This document shows, piece after piece, positions 35,486 to 47,980 of a stretch of DNA of 64,000 nucleotides. The notes beneath the pieces were generated by a model, which saw only the letters and a list, made by a program, of their open reading frames with translations, was not told the DNA's origin and did not search any database. Source of the DNA: Lama guanicoe (Eukaryota); assembly GCA_013239625.1 (NCBI GenBank), contig MU054323.1, forward strand, positions 496,001 through 560,000. Reading direction: 5' to 3'. Position 1 is the stretch's first letter, and each line of letters starts with the position of its first letter. A program made the translations under genes and the position numbers.

Positions 35486-37804
35486 ACGAGCGGTATGTCT
35501 TCTGCGTCTTCACATATGTATCAGAGTGTGTACATATGGGCATGGAGCTCACACGTGTGACCAGGAGAATGGACATGAATTAGGGGTGTTTGTGCTGTGG
35601 GCTCTCGTGTCCCCGACCATGTGAAGGGGGTCATAATTGTATGCACATGTGCTTGTCTTTCTAGGGCAGTGTTCACAGAAGAAGAATGTATTTGTCTGTG
35701 TGCTGTGGGCTGCTGTGTAAAGTCTATGTCTTGGGAAAATCCGTCTCCACGATCTGAGCATGGAAACAAAGCCTGTCATGAAGGTGTGCATCATTTGGGA
35801 ACAGGGATCTAGTCCACAGGTATTCCTAGCATCTCCTTCAGCACCTGGGTCATAAAGAGTTCTGGTTTAAGCTGTCACTGTAGGCACGGTGCGTGGGAGA
35901 AGCTAGGCTGTCCAGAACAGGCGGTCCGTTTTGGCTGTGAGAAGGGCCCTTGGTTCCAGCAGAGCAAGGCCAGACGTGGATGAGAAGTGTTTTCAACCCC
36001 CACAGAGTGAGCTCAGAGCAAGCTCTGGCATTGGTACTATTGGAAGCCCCGCAACAGGACCGGGCAGGCTGGGTGCACCGGATCCCTGGAGACGGCTCTC
36101 CGTGGGCCTTGTGGGAGAGCAGACAGAAGAGGTGGAGGAACCTCGGGGGTTCTGGTCCAGAGAAGTCTGTGTCCAGCCAGCCCCACTGGTGACTCAGGGG
36201 ACTTCATCTTTCTTACCACGACTCAGAATGGCTGGAATGGACTGCCTTCTCCCCACCAGAGTGAGGGCTAATGAGGTAATATCTTCTTTCGGCTTTGAGC
36301 TTCTTTGGGACAGTTGCTATAAAACTATAGAGTGTTATTACCACCAGGGACACCAAAAGGTCACTGGGACAGGGAGGTAAGCACTCCCTCTACGGGGCCT
36401 TGGGGTGTCTACCTGCTTTCCTGTTTCCCTCTGCCTCGGGCCTCCCAGGGCACTGAGGGAGTCAGAGGGGCCTGAGATTGTGCTGGAGGGGCCGGGCCAG
36501 GCCAGTCCCAGGGCCATTCTGTGCAGCCTGTCTGCCCGCAAGGCTGGCCACGCGTCCCAGGGGCTCTGAGATGTGGAGGCCCTGTTCTCTCCGGTTGAAG
36601 GTTAACGCTTCCTGTCTCACGGAGACCTCTCTGCGAGGTGGCTGCGAGGACGTGTCAGCAAAGCCCCTCCTCGCGCCGCTTTGGAGCCTTTCAGGGGAAG
36701 GAAACTGATGCCAACAGGCTACTGTCCTGGAGGCACCCCGGGCGCCTAATGTTCCTGATCTGATCTCATCCTGACACCACACTGCGAGTGGGGATTCTGA
36801 CCTCAGTGTGCTGGGTGTGAACCGGGGCCCGGGGTGGGAACGAGCCGCCCACAGGCCCGAGTGCAATGAAGAGAAGCGAGCACCATAACCAGCCCCTCTG
36901 AGCGGAGCGCTGCCGCCCTGGCTCCCGCCCCATCCCTGCAGCTGCCCATGTCCACATCCCTGCCCGGCTCCTTCCCTCTCCTCCACCTTAGCCTTCCCGA
37001 ATCCTCTGTGGCCCGCTGGTCATCCCAACCAAAGTCACCCCTTCCTTCCCTCCCAGCCGGAGGAGTCCCAGAAACAATGGAACAAACTCTCTCAACTGGA
37101 CAGGGTCACCTCTGCCACAGGAACTTTCCATCCCTTCCCTCTCAGCCTGTGGTGCCTGGCTTCTGAAGTGTGTCAGTGTCTTCAAGGAAGAGAAGTATGT
37201 TTCTGTTTACAATTTCCATGTTTTTCACTGTCACGACAAAGACATGGAACTTGTTCCCTCTCTGACACTCACCCACGGGGGTAGAAAGGTCGGAAGGAGA
37301 AATCCTGGTCCTCAGGAGTCCCAGTCTACGGGAGAAGGCAGACGATAATCCTTGCTGAGCTCTCTCTGCGGGCCAGGCTCTGTTCTCAATGCCCGAGTGC
37401 ATCTTACACCGTTTAAATCTTACAGTTCCCGCAGTGGGTAAGTACACTGAGTAGCTCCCCTTGGCCACTTGCTCTCCTGCTTCCTGAGGAAATGTGTGGT
37501 CTTTGCGATGGGGGCTAGGTAGGCACACTGGAGCGCAGAGATGGGAGACGCTGATCAGGCTGAAGAGGCCGAAGGGGCCCGGAGAAGTTTGGAGAAGGGG
37601 ACAATGAGCTGGGTCTTGACGCCCGAGAAGTCTGGGAAAGCGGCTCCTTAGTGAGGAGGGAGGCACTGTGTCCGGCACCCACGGCTGGGCACGCTGGACA
37701 CACGGCAGCGTATCTGTTGGCAGAAGCACCAGGCTAGGTCAGCAGAGCCCCAGCCCTCGGGGGATTTGCACCTTGCCTGTCAGGAGTGAGATGCTGGGTA
37801 AGGA

Positions 37805-38390
37805 CAGTTAATTCTCATTATCCGTGGTAGGTAGCTTTATTTTGTAAAGTGACCACAAACACTGAATTGGTGAATACGGACCATCGGACCATCGTTCCCA
37901 GGGGAAACGCAGGAATGGGTCCTTTTGAGCCTCTGGTCACAACATTTTCATCAGCCAATCAGTACAAAATCTTGTTTTTCGTATGTTTCTTTTAAAGACA
38001 TCTTATTTAATTTATACCATTGATTCATTAACATGGAACTCACAGCCAGCAGTGCTGTAACTTCGGCCTGAAGGAAACTCATCTAACACAGGTATTTTCT
38101 CCGTAAACACATCACAGCCTTTCTGCCCTCAGGAACACTACACAGCACGCCAGCGCCAAGTTCGAGGGCCGTTCTAAGCAGTGCCGTCACCAGCACAAAA
38201 AACATGCCACTAAAGAGGCCGCAAAAAGGACACTTGTCAACAGCACGGGAACATGGCATTGGGTGAACCCTGTGTTTTGTTTCTCCGCTCTGTGCACGTC
38301 CACAAGTGACCGTGAAAGTGCTGTGGGTATAAATTTAGCGAGTGAGGGAGTTTGCATTTATGGAATCCGCGAGTAATGAGGATTGACTAT
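37805..38390 (-). mobile_element. MER82 (TcMar-Tigger) element, near full length
   Basis: Inverted ends cagttaattctcattatccgtgg / ccgcgagtaatgaggattgacta; internal gagcctctggtcacaacattttcatc, aggtattttctccgtaa, aaaaggacacttgt. Confidence 0.85.
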
Positions 38391-39129
38391 AATTAGCCGG
38401 GTGTTAGGAATTCTCTCACAGGAGCACAGAGGCTGCTTCACAGTGGTCCCGGCCGACTTATCTCCAAAGGTGCTGAGAATGAGAGCTTGGGTTGCCCTGC
38501 CCCTGGGAGCCACGCTATTTGCCTGCAGAAGGTGGGATTCACACACAGGTTTCCACCCGAAGCAGCTTGACCTGTGATGTCTTTAGAATGTTGCGGCTGG
38601 GTTTTTGCGGCAGCCCCAAGCGGCAGCCTGGGAAAGGGTTATCCTCACTCCCGGGAATGGAAACTGAAGCTCAGGAGAAATGAGTGGCCCAAGGCCACCC
38701 TGTCCAGCAGAGACAAAGTTGAGAACAGAGGCCACACCCCTGAGAGATATGCAGGCTTCTTTCCAGTTCATCTCCATACCTCAAATATTTAGTCAAAGTG
38801 AGGCCTTAAATGTGAAATTGTTTCCAGTTGCATAGAAAGGAAGGGGGTTCAGGAAAATGAACTTGCAAAAAAGAAAAAAAATAAAAAGGAGCCACATCTA
38901 CGCGTCCTAAGTTCTGTTTAGCTGCAGCCGTGTGTTCCCTACACCAACAGGCTAAAGCATGAGCAGCTCTTCCTGTTCCTGGAGACAGAATTTATTTGTG
39001 TCCCATAAATATCCCAACAACAGAGCTGTGGTTACCCCTCACCGCTGCTGTTTTAAATAAACTTTGGGTGTGTAGACTTCCATGACCACTGGATATAACT
39101 GCGCCTACGTTTCTTTGTGGAACCATTTC

Positions 39130-39282
39130 CTTTTTAAAACTATTTTACCTTTCTCTTATTTATTTTTATTTTTTAATTTTTTCCTCCTTTTCCTCCCCAT
39201 TAGTGGAGGCACTGGGGATTGAACCCCGAACCTCATGCATGCCAAGCACGTGCGCTAACCCTGAGCTATAACCCCAACCCCC
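39130..39282 (-). mobile_element. tRNA-Ala-derived SINE (camelid Vic-1-like)
   Basis: ggaggcactggggattgaaccccgaacctcatgcatgccaagcacgtgcgctaaccctgagctata is a reverse tRNA-Ala-like head; AT-rich tail to the left. Confidence 0.85.
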
Positions 39283-42200
39283 TAAAGAGCCACTCTTTGA
39301 TGTTCTTAAAGTTTTGGAACTATTTCAAAGAATCCTTCCCTGACCTCAACTTCTAGAACTTAAGCATAGGAGAATAAATGATATTTTGCCTGACTCTCAT
39401 TTAATTTATAACCAACAACTCACTGGTGGGGACCGGTGGGGATGGGTGGGTGGGAGGAGTAGCTGGGAAGGCTTGGATTTGCAACCTCATTTTTCTTTCT
39501 AGGCAAAAGGGCTGTGGGATTCTGGATCACGTTGAGGACTTTCACCCCAAGCACAGGCTCCCCAGCTCTCTGGCCTTGTTCCCTCTTCTACAAAAGGAGA
39601 GTGTGGGGCAAAACACCATCCTGTCTTCCTTCTAGCACTGTCTTGAGGGTTATAGAATTGAACCACGGATGCACCATTTTATCTGTTAAACAGAAGTCTA
39701 GTTACTGGGTGTAGCAAAGCTGAGGTTATCTTTTTGGAAAATGACAAAAAGAACAACATCAGAGCTTAGCAAAAGCAGGTTCTTTTCTTTGATCAACAAA
39801 TAAAATTGTGAACCCTAGTAGTTGGCCTTGGGTTGGTTTTATCAAGTGTTATCTGGAATCTAAATTTAAACTGTGGTCAGAGTGATCCTGAGCTGTACAC
39901 ATGTGTGGTAGATATGGCTTCTGCAAAAGTACACACACACTGTGCACACATGTGAACTCAGCTGTGTGTTCTTTATTATATATTGAGAACAACCAACATG
40001 GATGATGTATATGTTTAAAAACGGCACTTATTTTTATGCCTGTATAAATTCTGGAGTCAGACTTGCAAACATGTAGGCAGCCCTTGTGAACACACATGGA
40101 GTTTCAAGACAAATGTTCCTACACACGTATAGCTTTGCGGGCTCCAAAGAAAGGGCCCATTGTCTCAAGGAGGCATAGCGGGGAACCCAAAGGCAGGAAG
40201 GTCTCGCCCCAGCTTTTTCAAGGACTCGATCTCTGACCTTAGGTAAGGTACTTAATTTCTCCGCCCCGAATTCCTCCCTCCGGACTTGTCCCATTGACAG
40301 AGGTGCTCATTCATCCAGACGCTTTCACCCTCTCCCAGGAGGAAGGCCTCACAATCACGCTCGGTATTTGTCCTCTTGTCTTGAACTCTTTTGCTGAAAT
40401 ACGGTCCAAGACAATGCCATGTACACCCTTTAAAGATGCCTGTGATCTGCGGACCTTCGGGGCAGAGACGTTGGAAGGACACACACCAGCCCAGGAGAAA
40501 ACACTCTCCCGCCTGTTTTCAATAACTCCAGGAGGGGGCTTGGTGCCGAGATGGAGGAATTTCCTCCAGCGTCCTCTGCTCCAGAATGATCCCTTTTACA
40601 AACCTGGCTAAGAAAACACGGGCAGAGGACTCTGGGAGCTTCATGCCCTCCTGGCCCTGCCATTTATCCAATTTACACTGATCAGACCCACATTGGCAAA
40701 TGAAAGCCGCCTCTTTCCTTCTGTTTGTATGAGTTACTCACGGGGGCAATTTGAACGGATTGGATTTCCCCTGGTATTTCCATGATTTGAAAAGTCTGGC
40801 TCAATTAGAATAATCTTCAGGCACTTCCTCTCCTTTTATGCAGGTAAATCATGGATAATTTAAAAGCAAAAGAACCTTTCGGACCGTTGGGCCTGCCTCT
40901 TTCATCTCCTCGCCCTGGTAATTGCCCTTCCATTGTGAGACCTCCTGGTTAGTTGGGAGCCTGATTAGGAGGTGAAGGGTTGGGCGGCTGGAAGGGAGGG
41001 TCGAGGGCCACCGCACATGGCCTCTCCTTCAAAGACACTTCCTCTGCGGCAGGTATGTTAAATACCAAACCTGAGTCGGGTTACGCTTTCAATTTGCGCC
41101 ATATGATCCCAAGTGCCCAGACAAAGGCGGGCCATGATTAGAAAGTTCAAGACTGAATGCTTCTGGGGGCAGGGGGTAATCAAGTGCCTGGAGATGGGGA
41201 GAGGGAGACGGGCCGGCGAGCTGACAGTGGTATGTGGCACCCCCCAAAACATGTTTGCAACAAGAGAAAAATTGTTCTTTTACCTCGGCTGCCCACGCTT
41301 CCATCTGGCACGCGATGAAAGCTTACTTTCCCCCACTTGCTGTGGTGCTGTGGGGATTGGCTGAATCACACGGTGGGGTTGGGGGGAGCTGTTTTGACTT
41401 CCAGCTTTAATTAGGCGTGTTTGCATATTCTCTGCCCCGTCCGCCTTGGAGAGCGGGATGCGTTGTTGTGACTGGTGGGGGCTGTTGAGGGAGGCAGGAT
41501 TCCAGCTGTGCCCAGCTGGGAGAGGGCCCCAGAGCAGTGAGGCTAGCCTGCTCACTTTTACGGATGGGGAAACCGAGACCCAGAGTCCCCGGTTCTGTGG
41601 TGTCCCAGCAGTGTCTGGACCGGCCCCCTTCAGCAGCCCAGCTGTCAGCCCTTGTGTCAGGGCTGCGAGGTTATCTGCTTCCAGCTGCAGCTCCATCCTT
41701 TGGCCCTGCCCTGGCCTGCCCACGTCTCACTAGCAGGCAGCCACACCCAGAGGCGGCATCTGAGACTCACTGCAGAGCTGGGGGGTGAAGGTGGAGGGGT
41801 GGGGGGAGGAAGAGGAGCAGGCAGCCAGTGGGAAGCAGGCAAGAGTCAGCATGATAGACCAGGTGTTCTCAGTGCATCCATGAGTGACAACCTGGGGCAG
41901 AGACCAGAGCTCTGTGCAGATGGGGTCAGGAGCCCCTGTGCTCGAGTTCCAGCTCTGCGGTTGCTCAGATCCACTTTGGAGAAGTCTCTTTCCCACTTGG
42001 ATTTTGTTTTGTTTTGCTTTATTTCTCTCTGTAACATGGTGGGGGTGGAGCTAGTGATGGTGAAGGATTCCCACAAGCACTCAAATTCAGAGTCACCCAT
42101 TGAGTCTGTGTGATTGAACCTACAGCTTTAGCAAGTGCTTTCTATGGTGACTTCTTATCAAAATCCTGCAGGACATCAAGAAGCCTCCCTGAGAAGCATA

Positions 42201-42954
42201 GCACCGACACGTCGGGGATGGGACGCCAGGAGTGAGGGGGGAATGACAGGCAGAGAGCAGAGCCATGGCCAGCCTGGTCCAGACCCAACGGTCTCCAAGG
42301 ACAGCGCCTTGGTGGCCGGAACGCGGAGGGGAGGCCTTACAGTGGATGAGCACATGGACAGAGGATGGCGGCCATGGAAAATGGAATACAGGGGGAAGCA
42401 AATTCAGTCTGTGTTTACTGGGCAACCTGCTAAGCAGAAGCTCCTATTCATAAATGGATGAAAAGATGTGCTTTCTAGCCCTCTTGCTTCATCTACAAAA
42501 ATGCTGGGAATCAGGAGCGATGAGTTTCTGGAGTCTTTCACTTGATTTTGTTGTGGTTCATTTACTATTTCACAGCACGTCTGCTGCTTCACTCGATACC
42601 TCGTAACAATTGACATGCCCGCCTCTGCTGCAGACTGAGCACGGCTGGAGGGCAGGGGCCAGGTCTTGTCCTGGACCCCCTCCTGCCTGCATCCGTCTTC
42701 ACAGGCCACATAGCTCCTCGTGCAATGCTGACTTAATGGAATTGAAGTTCGCTTCACAGGCACGTCCGGGGAGGGGGGCACTTTTACAGCAGAGCCGGAG
42801 AACATCAACCACTCGCATCGTGAGTTAGTTCCTGTGCCACCGTGGACCTGCTTCTTCAGTGGGTTCTGCGTCATGGGTTCCTCCCTTACACAAAGGGTGT
42901 GACCGCACCTCCCAGAGTGCGCGTGCGCCATGGCTATGTTCAGAATAATAATCG

Positions 42955-43165
42955 CTCACCTTTATGGGGCACTTTTCTCCTTGTAAAGTGCAGTTCTAAG
43001 CACTTGAAATGTAGCATTTGTTTTCATTATCACCCCAATTCTGTGAGTCGGTTACTATCACTCTCCCTATTTTACCAATGAGGAAACTGAGACACAGAGG
43101 GGCTGTGTGACTTGTCCAAGGCCACACAGCCAGCAAGTGGCAGAGCCAGGATGCAAACCCCACCA
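42955..43165 (-). mobile_element. MIR SINE, well preserved
   Basis: cctattttaccaatgaggaaactgagacacagaggggctgtgtgacttgtccaaggccacacagccagcaagtggcagagccaggatgcaaaccc. Confidence 0.88.
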
Positions 43166-43278
43166 GGCACTCTGAAAAATAGAGCCCCGCTTGTGGCTTC
43201 TCAGTGAGCTTGGTGCCACATGACAGGTGCTGAACAGCAAATGCTAGTTTCCAGCACCCACGCCGACCCCCCAGCCAG

Positions 43279-43343
43279 CGGTACTGAAGACTGAACCCAG
43301 ATCTGATGCATGCACTCTACCACTGAGCTATACTCCCGCCCTC
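43279..43343 (-). mobile_element. Truncated Vic-1-like SINE head
   Basis: ggtactgaagactgaacccag...gcatgcactctaccactgagctatactccc. Confidence 0.75.
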
Positions 43344-44067
43344 TAGCTCTTTCTTTCTGTGGGCCATGAGGGGACAGGCCCCACTGAGACATGTGACCCT
43401 CTTGTGGAGAACGAGTGGGGAGGGTCTCGAGACCACCCAAGAGGGAAGGAGATTGCCATTTCTCTGTCATTCTGAGTCAGGACACTGGAAAAGTCCACAG
43501 CATCTTGGGAAACAAACATCCCACCTGGACTCTGGCTGTCCCCTCGTTGGAAGTGTCAGAGCCTTGGGCCTCTGGAGACCATCCTCAGCATCCGCTCCAT
43601 TCTTGCACATCCCTAATTAAGTTAGAAGAAGATCCAAGCCCCTGGGTGCTCTTTTCTCCAGGAAGCACTTAAAAAATGCAGGGAGGCAAAGAAGTTCAAG
43701 GTTTGAGTATCGGCTGCCCTTGGTTCTGCACAGGAATTCTTTAGCTGATTACACGGCTCTCATTTCAACAACACCAGCTTTGTGTCCTGGGCGATGGGAA
43801 GGCTCCTTGCCGCCACCGCCAGCACCGCCATGGAGGGTCACTCCACTGGGAAAACACATCTGGAGGGAAGGGTTTCCACCAGATAGAGAAATACTCCAGG
43901 GGCAACTTTTGCTTAAGGACTTCTTTTCTTTCTTCTTTTTCCTTTTTCATATCAGCTAACAGCTATGGCAGGGCCCCCATAGAAGAGAAGTTTTCTTAGA
44001 AACCTCTGGAATGAAACTGGGTCTTGAGCCATTGAGGAAGAATATGGTATGCTCCTCTCTGAGCCCT

Positions 44068-44198
44068 CGTGGAGGCTGGCATCCAAATGATGCTCAAAGC
44101 AGAGGACGTGGGCCTCTGGTCCGAGGCCCAGGACGTGGAGGCTGGCATCCAAATGATGCTCAAAGCAGAGGACGTGGGCCCTGGTCCGAGGCCCAGGA
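44068..44198. repeat. Tandem duplication, 66 + 65 bp, differing by one indel
   Basis: cgtggaggctggcatccaaatgatgctcaaagcagaggacgtgggcc(t)ctggtccgaggcccagga twice. Confidence 0.97.
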
Positions 44199-44639
44199 GC
44201 CCCTCACGGCCTCATCTTGCTACTTGAGAAGCCTTGCCATGGGCTGGGCTGAGCCTACCTGTGTTCCTTTGGGCCCTTTCTTCTGGAAGGACACTTCTCA
44301 AGCACTAAAGACCTTTGAGAAGTAGCTTTAGACTATCTTTCTGCCCAAAGCCGGACTGAACCAATTTTTCTCATTTCCCTGGTTATCCTCCCCCATCGCT
44401 CTTACTCTCCCAAAATTCCTGCACTAAAATGGTAAGGACCTCTGAGCTGAATGTGTGACCTCATCCTGGGGAGATGCAATCTGATGGGGGAGATCCGAGT
44501 CTCAAGGGAAAGGCTCATTTAATTCAATGTCCTCGGGCTGGATGTGGTGCCCAGAGGGGCAGATCCAGAGACAAAGAATGAGGATGAACGTTTTTCCAGC
44601 AGACCAGCCTCCAAGCTCAACTTGCTTTACCTGAGTCAG

Positions 44640-46020
44640 TCTTCACAAGAACTCTATGCAGGCTGCTTTTAAGCAGATGAGGAAATGGAAGCTGAGAGTG
44701 GTAACTGGTTCCTGGTGTCATATTGGTAAATTCAAAGCCAGGCCTGTAGGATTATCTAGCTTGTGCCAATAACAAACCACCACTGCTCAGTGACTCCCTC
44801 TCAGGGAGCTTACCACCCATGGAAGCAGGCCACGTGTGCCCGACCGCAGCAGCACCAGACAGAGGGGGGTCACTATGCAAATAAGGGCCCAGGCTGCCCG
44901 CAGCACTGTGGTTCAGAGGTAGGGGTGATTCCTGTGGGACCTGTTGGGGTGGGGAGGGGAGCTTGCCAGTGATGACATTAGAATTTGTCTACTTTTTCCC
45001 TCTTGGAATATCTCTCTTGCCTCTTCATGGCCACATCATCTGTGAGCTTCAGGGCCCATGCTGCCTCTTCCAGGAAGCCCTCTAAAATTGCTCCCATCTT
45101 TAGGGACCTCTCTATCCCCTGGGTACCTGTAAGCAGGTAGAGTCAGGGCCGAACTTGACTCGGGCTCCGACAGAACAGTGCACTTTCTGCCACTAGGGTC
45201 TTGAATTCCAGCTAGATTGCAAATTCCTCATCAGCAGGTGGGGCCTGGAACTCTCAGCTTCCCCTTTTCTAGGGCATAGAAGACAGAACCAGGTAAAGGG
45301 GTATGTACCGAAAAGAACAAATGGAGAACTCTAACGAACAAGAGTGATGTATTGGTGACATATTGGGGCATTTTGGTGAGGAAGGAAGTGGTCAGCATAC
45401 GTGAGAAGGAAGAAACTCATGTCCTCAGAGCCAAAGAACTAGTTTCAAGGTGGTGCTGTGACCAGTCAGGTCAAATGCAAGGGCAAGACTCGGGAGGACA
45501 ACGGAAAGCCCATTGGATATGACTATTCAGGGTCATTGGTGAGAGCTGTACCGGGGGAGTGGTGAGGGCACAAGGCAGGCTGTGACGGGTTCCAGAGTGA
45601 GTAGTCATGAATTACATTTTATTTCTGTGCAGCCTGTATGAGACGAACAGGAAAAGTCTGGATGTTTGGAAGAAGGATATGTCCTTCAATACTTATTAGC
45701 TATGTGACCTTGGACCAATTACTCAAAGTCCTGGCACTTTGGTTTCCTTATCTGTAAAGTGGAGATAGTACCTTCCTTGCAGAATTGGTCTGAAGAGTCA
45801 AGAATATCCTGCATGTAAAGCTTGAAAGTTCAGTGTCATAGGATGGGATATGGCCAATAGAAGTTGGTGATGACTGTGTGTTTCAGGATAGGAGAAACTT
45901 CAATGTATGTATAGGAACTAGTTGGGAGAAAGAGAAATCAAAGATACAGAGCCCAGGAGCTCAGTGATGACACCAGGGCTCTGAGGAAGGGATGGAGTAG
46001 AGGACACGGGGCGAGGATGG
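44640..46020. mobile_element. Mosaic of MIR (~44640-44750 minus, ~45690-45830 plus) and L2 fragments
   Basis: gcagatgaggaaatggaagct; ctcttccaggaagccctct; tcaggtcaaatgc; agctatgtgaccttggaccaatt...ttccttatctgtaaagtgg. Confidence 0.6.
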
Positions 46021-46592
46021 CCCTGGGGAAATACACATTAGGTTCCCGTAAGCCCCTAGGCACAGTTTTGTCAACCGATTAAGACATAACCTTGTTTGAT
46101 GTGTGTTTTCTTTAAGTCACCATCTTTAATATTTTTGGTTGATTCGCAGCCATTGGGCTCATGGCCAACAGCGCCATAACATGAACAAAGCTTGCCCAAC
46201 GCACGTCTCCAGAAGGCCTGTCACAGCCTCTGCACACTTAGGACACTAGACAGCACTTCAGCACTATGCTTGGGGCCATTTGAAACAGTGAAATCAACAA
46301 CAACAAAAAAAGCAGAAAAATATGAAAAACGGGACTAAATAGATAGCAAAAAGAAACTCGCTTGTAGTCTGAGAGCTGAAGCAAGAAACAAGAGTGTTGG
46401 TTGCCTTGTTGACTTTTGCTGTGAACGTGAGAACGGGGTCGGGGGAGAACCAAACTTTCCACCACATTGTGCGTGTTCGCAAATGACTGCAAGGGACACT
46501 GAGAATATTGATTTGGTGGGGAGGGGTTGCAAATTAATCTTAGTGAGTAAGGAAATCTGCAAATACAGAACCTGCAAATCAAGAGGACTGTA
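46020..46592 (-). mobile_element. Second MER82 element, missing one terminus
   Basis: ccctggggaaatac...ttaggttcc...acactagacagcacttcagcactatgcttggggccattt...ctgcaaatacagaacctgcaaatcaagaggactgta. Confidence 0.85.
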
Positions 46593-46919
46593 CTTGAGTG
46601 TGCAGAGAAGGGGGACGGAAGCTGACAGATTTCATGGAAGGGAAATTCCTCTTTGAAATAGAAGTTGAAGTCTTCTTGAGGGGAAGCAGGAGACCTGAGG
46701 GGAGGGGGGTTAGGAGGGCACAGGGACAGGGTGGGCAGGCCCAGCTGAGGGCCAGGCGGGGTAAGACAACGATCCTCATTTCAGCTCCTCCCTCCAGCAC
46801 TGCCTCCAGGCAACAGTCCCTGAAGTTGATTACTTGGAGAAATTCACCAAATGTTGCAAGCCTGGATTTCCATTTAAAGATGCAGAGGTTTCTTTTTCTC
46901 CCCTTTTCTCCCATGAAGC

Positions 46920-47980
46920 CCACCAAAGAGAATAGAACACAGACAAATACAGAAAATTTTATGAAAATATGTGTGTTTTTTTTCCTCAAATGGGATTATA
47001 TTTCGCATCCTGTTCTTAACATACTTTTTTTCCAGTTAATGATATGACTCTATTTTTTTTTTCCGTCATCGAAGATTCTATCTTATTTTAATGCTGCGGA
47101 GTATTTCGTTACATTGCCCTGCCTTGATTTACTGGGTCTACTGTGTCCAAGGCCTACAGCTTACTAAGTGCTTAGTAAATATTTGTTGAATGACTTACTT
47201 GAAAGAATGCTGAATAGTTAGGTTGTGTTTCTAAATATTTGCTGTTACAAACAGCCCTGGAGCAAACATCCTTTTAGCTAAATCATTAACACATCCGTAA
47301 CTATTTCCTTAAGATCAATCCTTGGAGTAGCACTGTTTGCTGAAAGAGTCTGACCATCATTGAAACTTTTGGATCATCTCCAAAAACATTATGCTGATTT
47401 GCTTTTCCACGTACAGTATCGACTATGCCCATTTCCTTTCATCTCAGCCAATCCTTGGTGTTTTTGAAAAATAGTCTTTTCTAATTTGATGGATCAAATG
47501 TGAAATTTCATTCTGGCATAATTTGTAATTCTTTGATACTTCGTGAAGTTGAGTATTTTTTCCCCATGTTTACTGATCATTTATGTATCTTTTGTGAATT
47601 TTCTTTTTATGGCTGTTGCCCTTTTAAAATTTTGTTTTTGATCATTACTGTTGACTTACAAGGACTCTTTCTATTAAAAATATTAATCCATTGTATGCAT
47701 AGAAAGTTGCAAACTTGGCATTTCCTTTTCATTTCTTTATCATTTTTAAAGACTTCACAGTCACCTTCATCTTCCATCTATATCTCTCTGCTTTGACTTT
47801 GTGCTTAGAAAGTCCTCCTCCATCTCCAATTTTCCACCTCTTCAGTTATGGAGGTTTTATCCATGTTTTGCAGGTAAGGAAAATGAGATTCATAAAGTCT
47901 GAAGTCAGACAGCTCATGAGTAAGACTGTGTGTTTGACTTCAAAACTCCATGATCTTGCTGCTAAATCAGACTGCCTCTT
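46920..47980 (-). mobile_element. Old L1ME-type fragment with an inserted L2 tail (~47130-47210, plus) and a trailing MIR (~47850-47980)
   Basis: aaatgggattatattt...tgctgttacaaac...atttgtaattctttgat...tgaagttgagtatttttt; gtgcttagtaaatatttgttgaatga. Confidence 0.65.

Noticed and set aside
35500..35720. 13-bp direct repeat tgtgctgtgggct within TG-rich sequence
   Set aside because: Low-complexity degenerate (TG)n context makes the match unremarkable
43809..43886. GCC-rich leader with strong Kozak (accgccATGG) opening an 18-codon ORF MEGHSTGKTHLEGRVSTR
   Set aside because: No promoter, CpG island or splice donor nearby; best explained as a chance low-complexity match
44068..44198. Possible CRISPR-like or snoRNA-like repeat
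   Set aside because: Only two abutting copies with no spacers, no canonical C/D box pair, and a eukaryotic context; it is a simple tandem duplication
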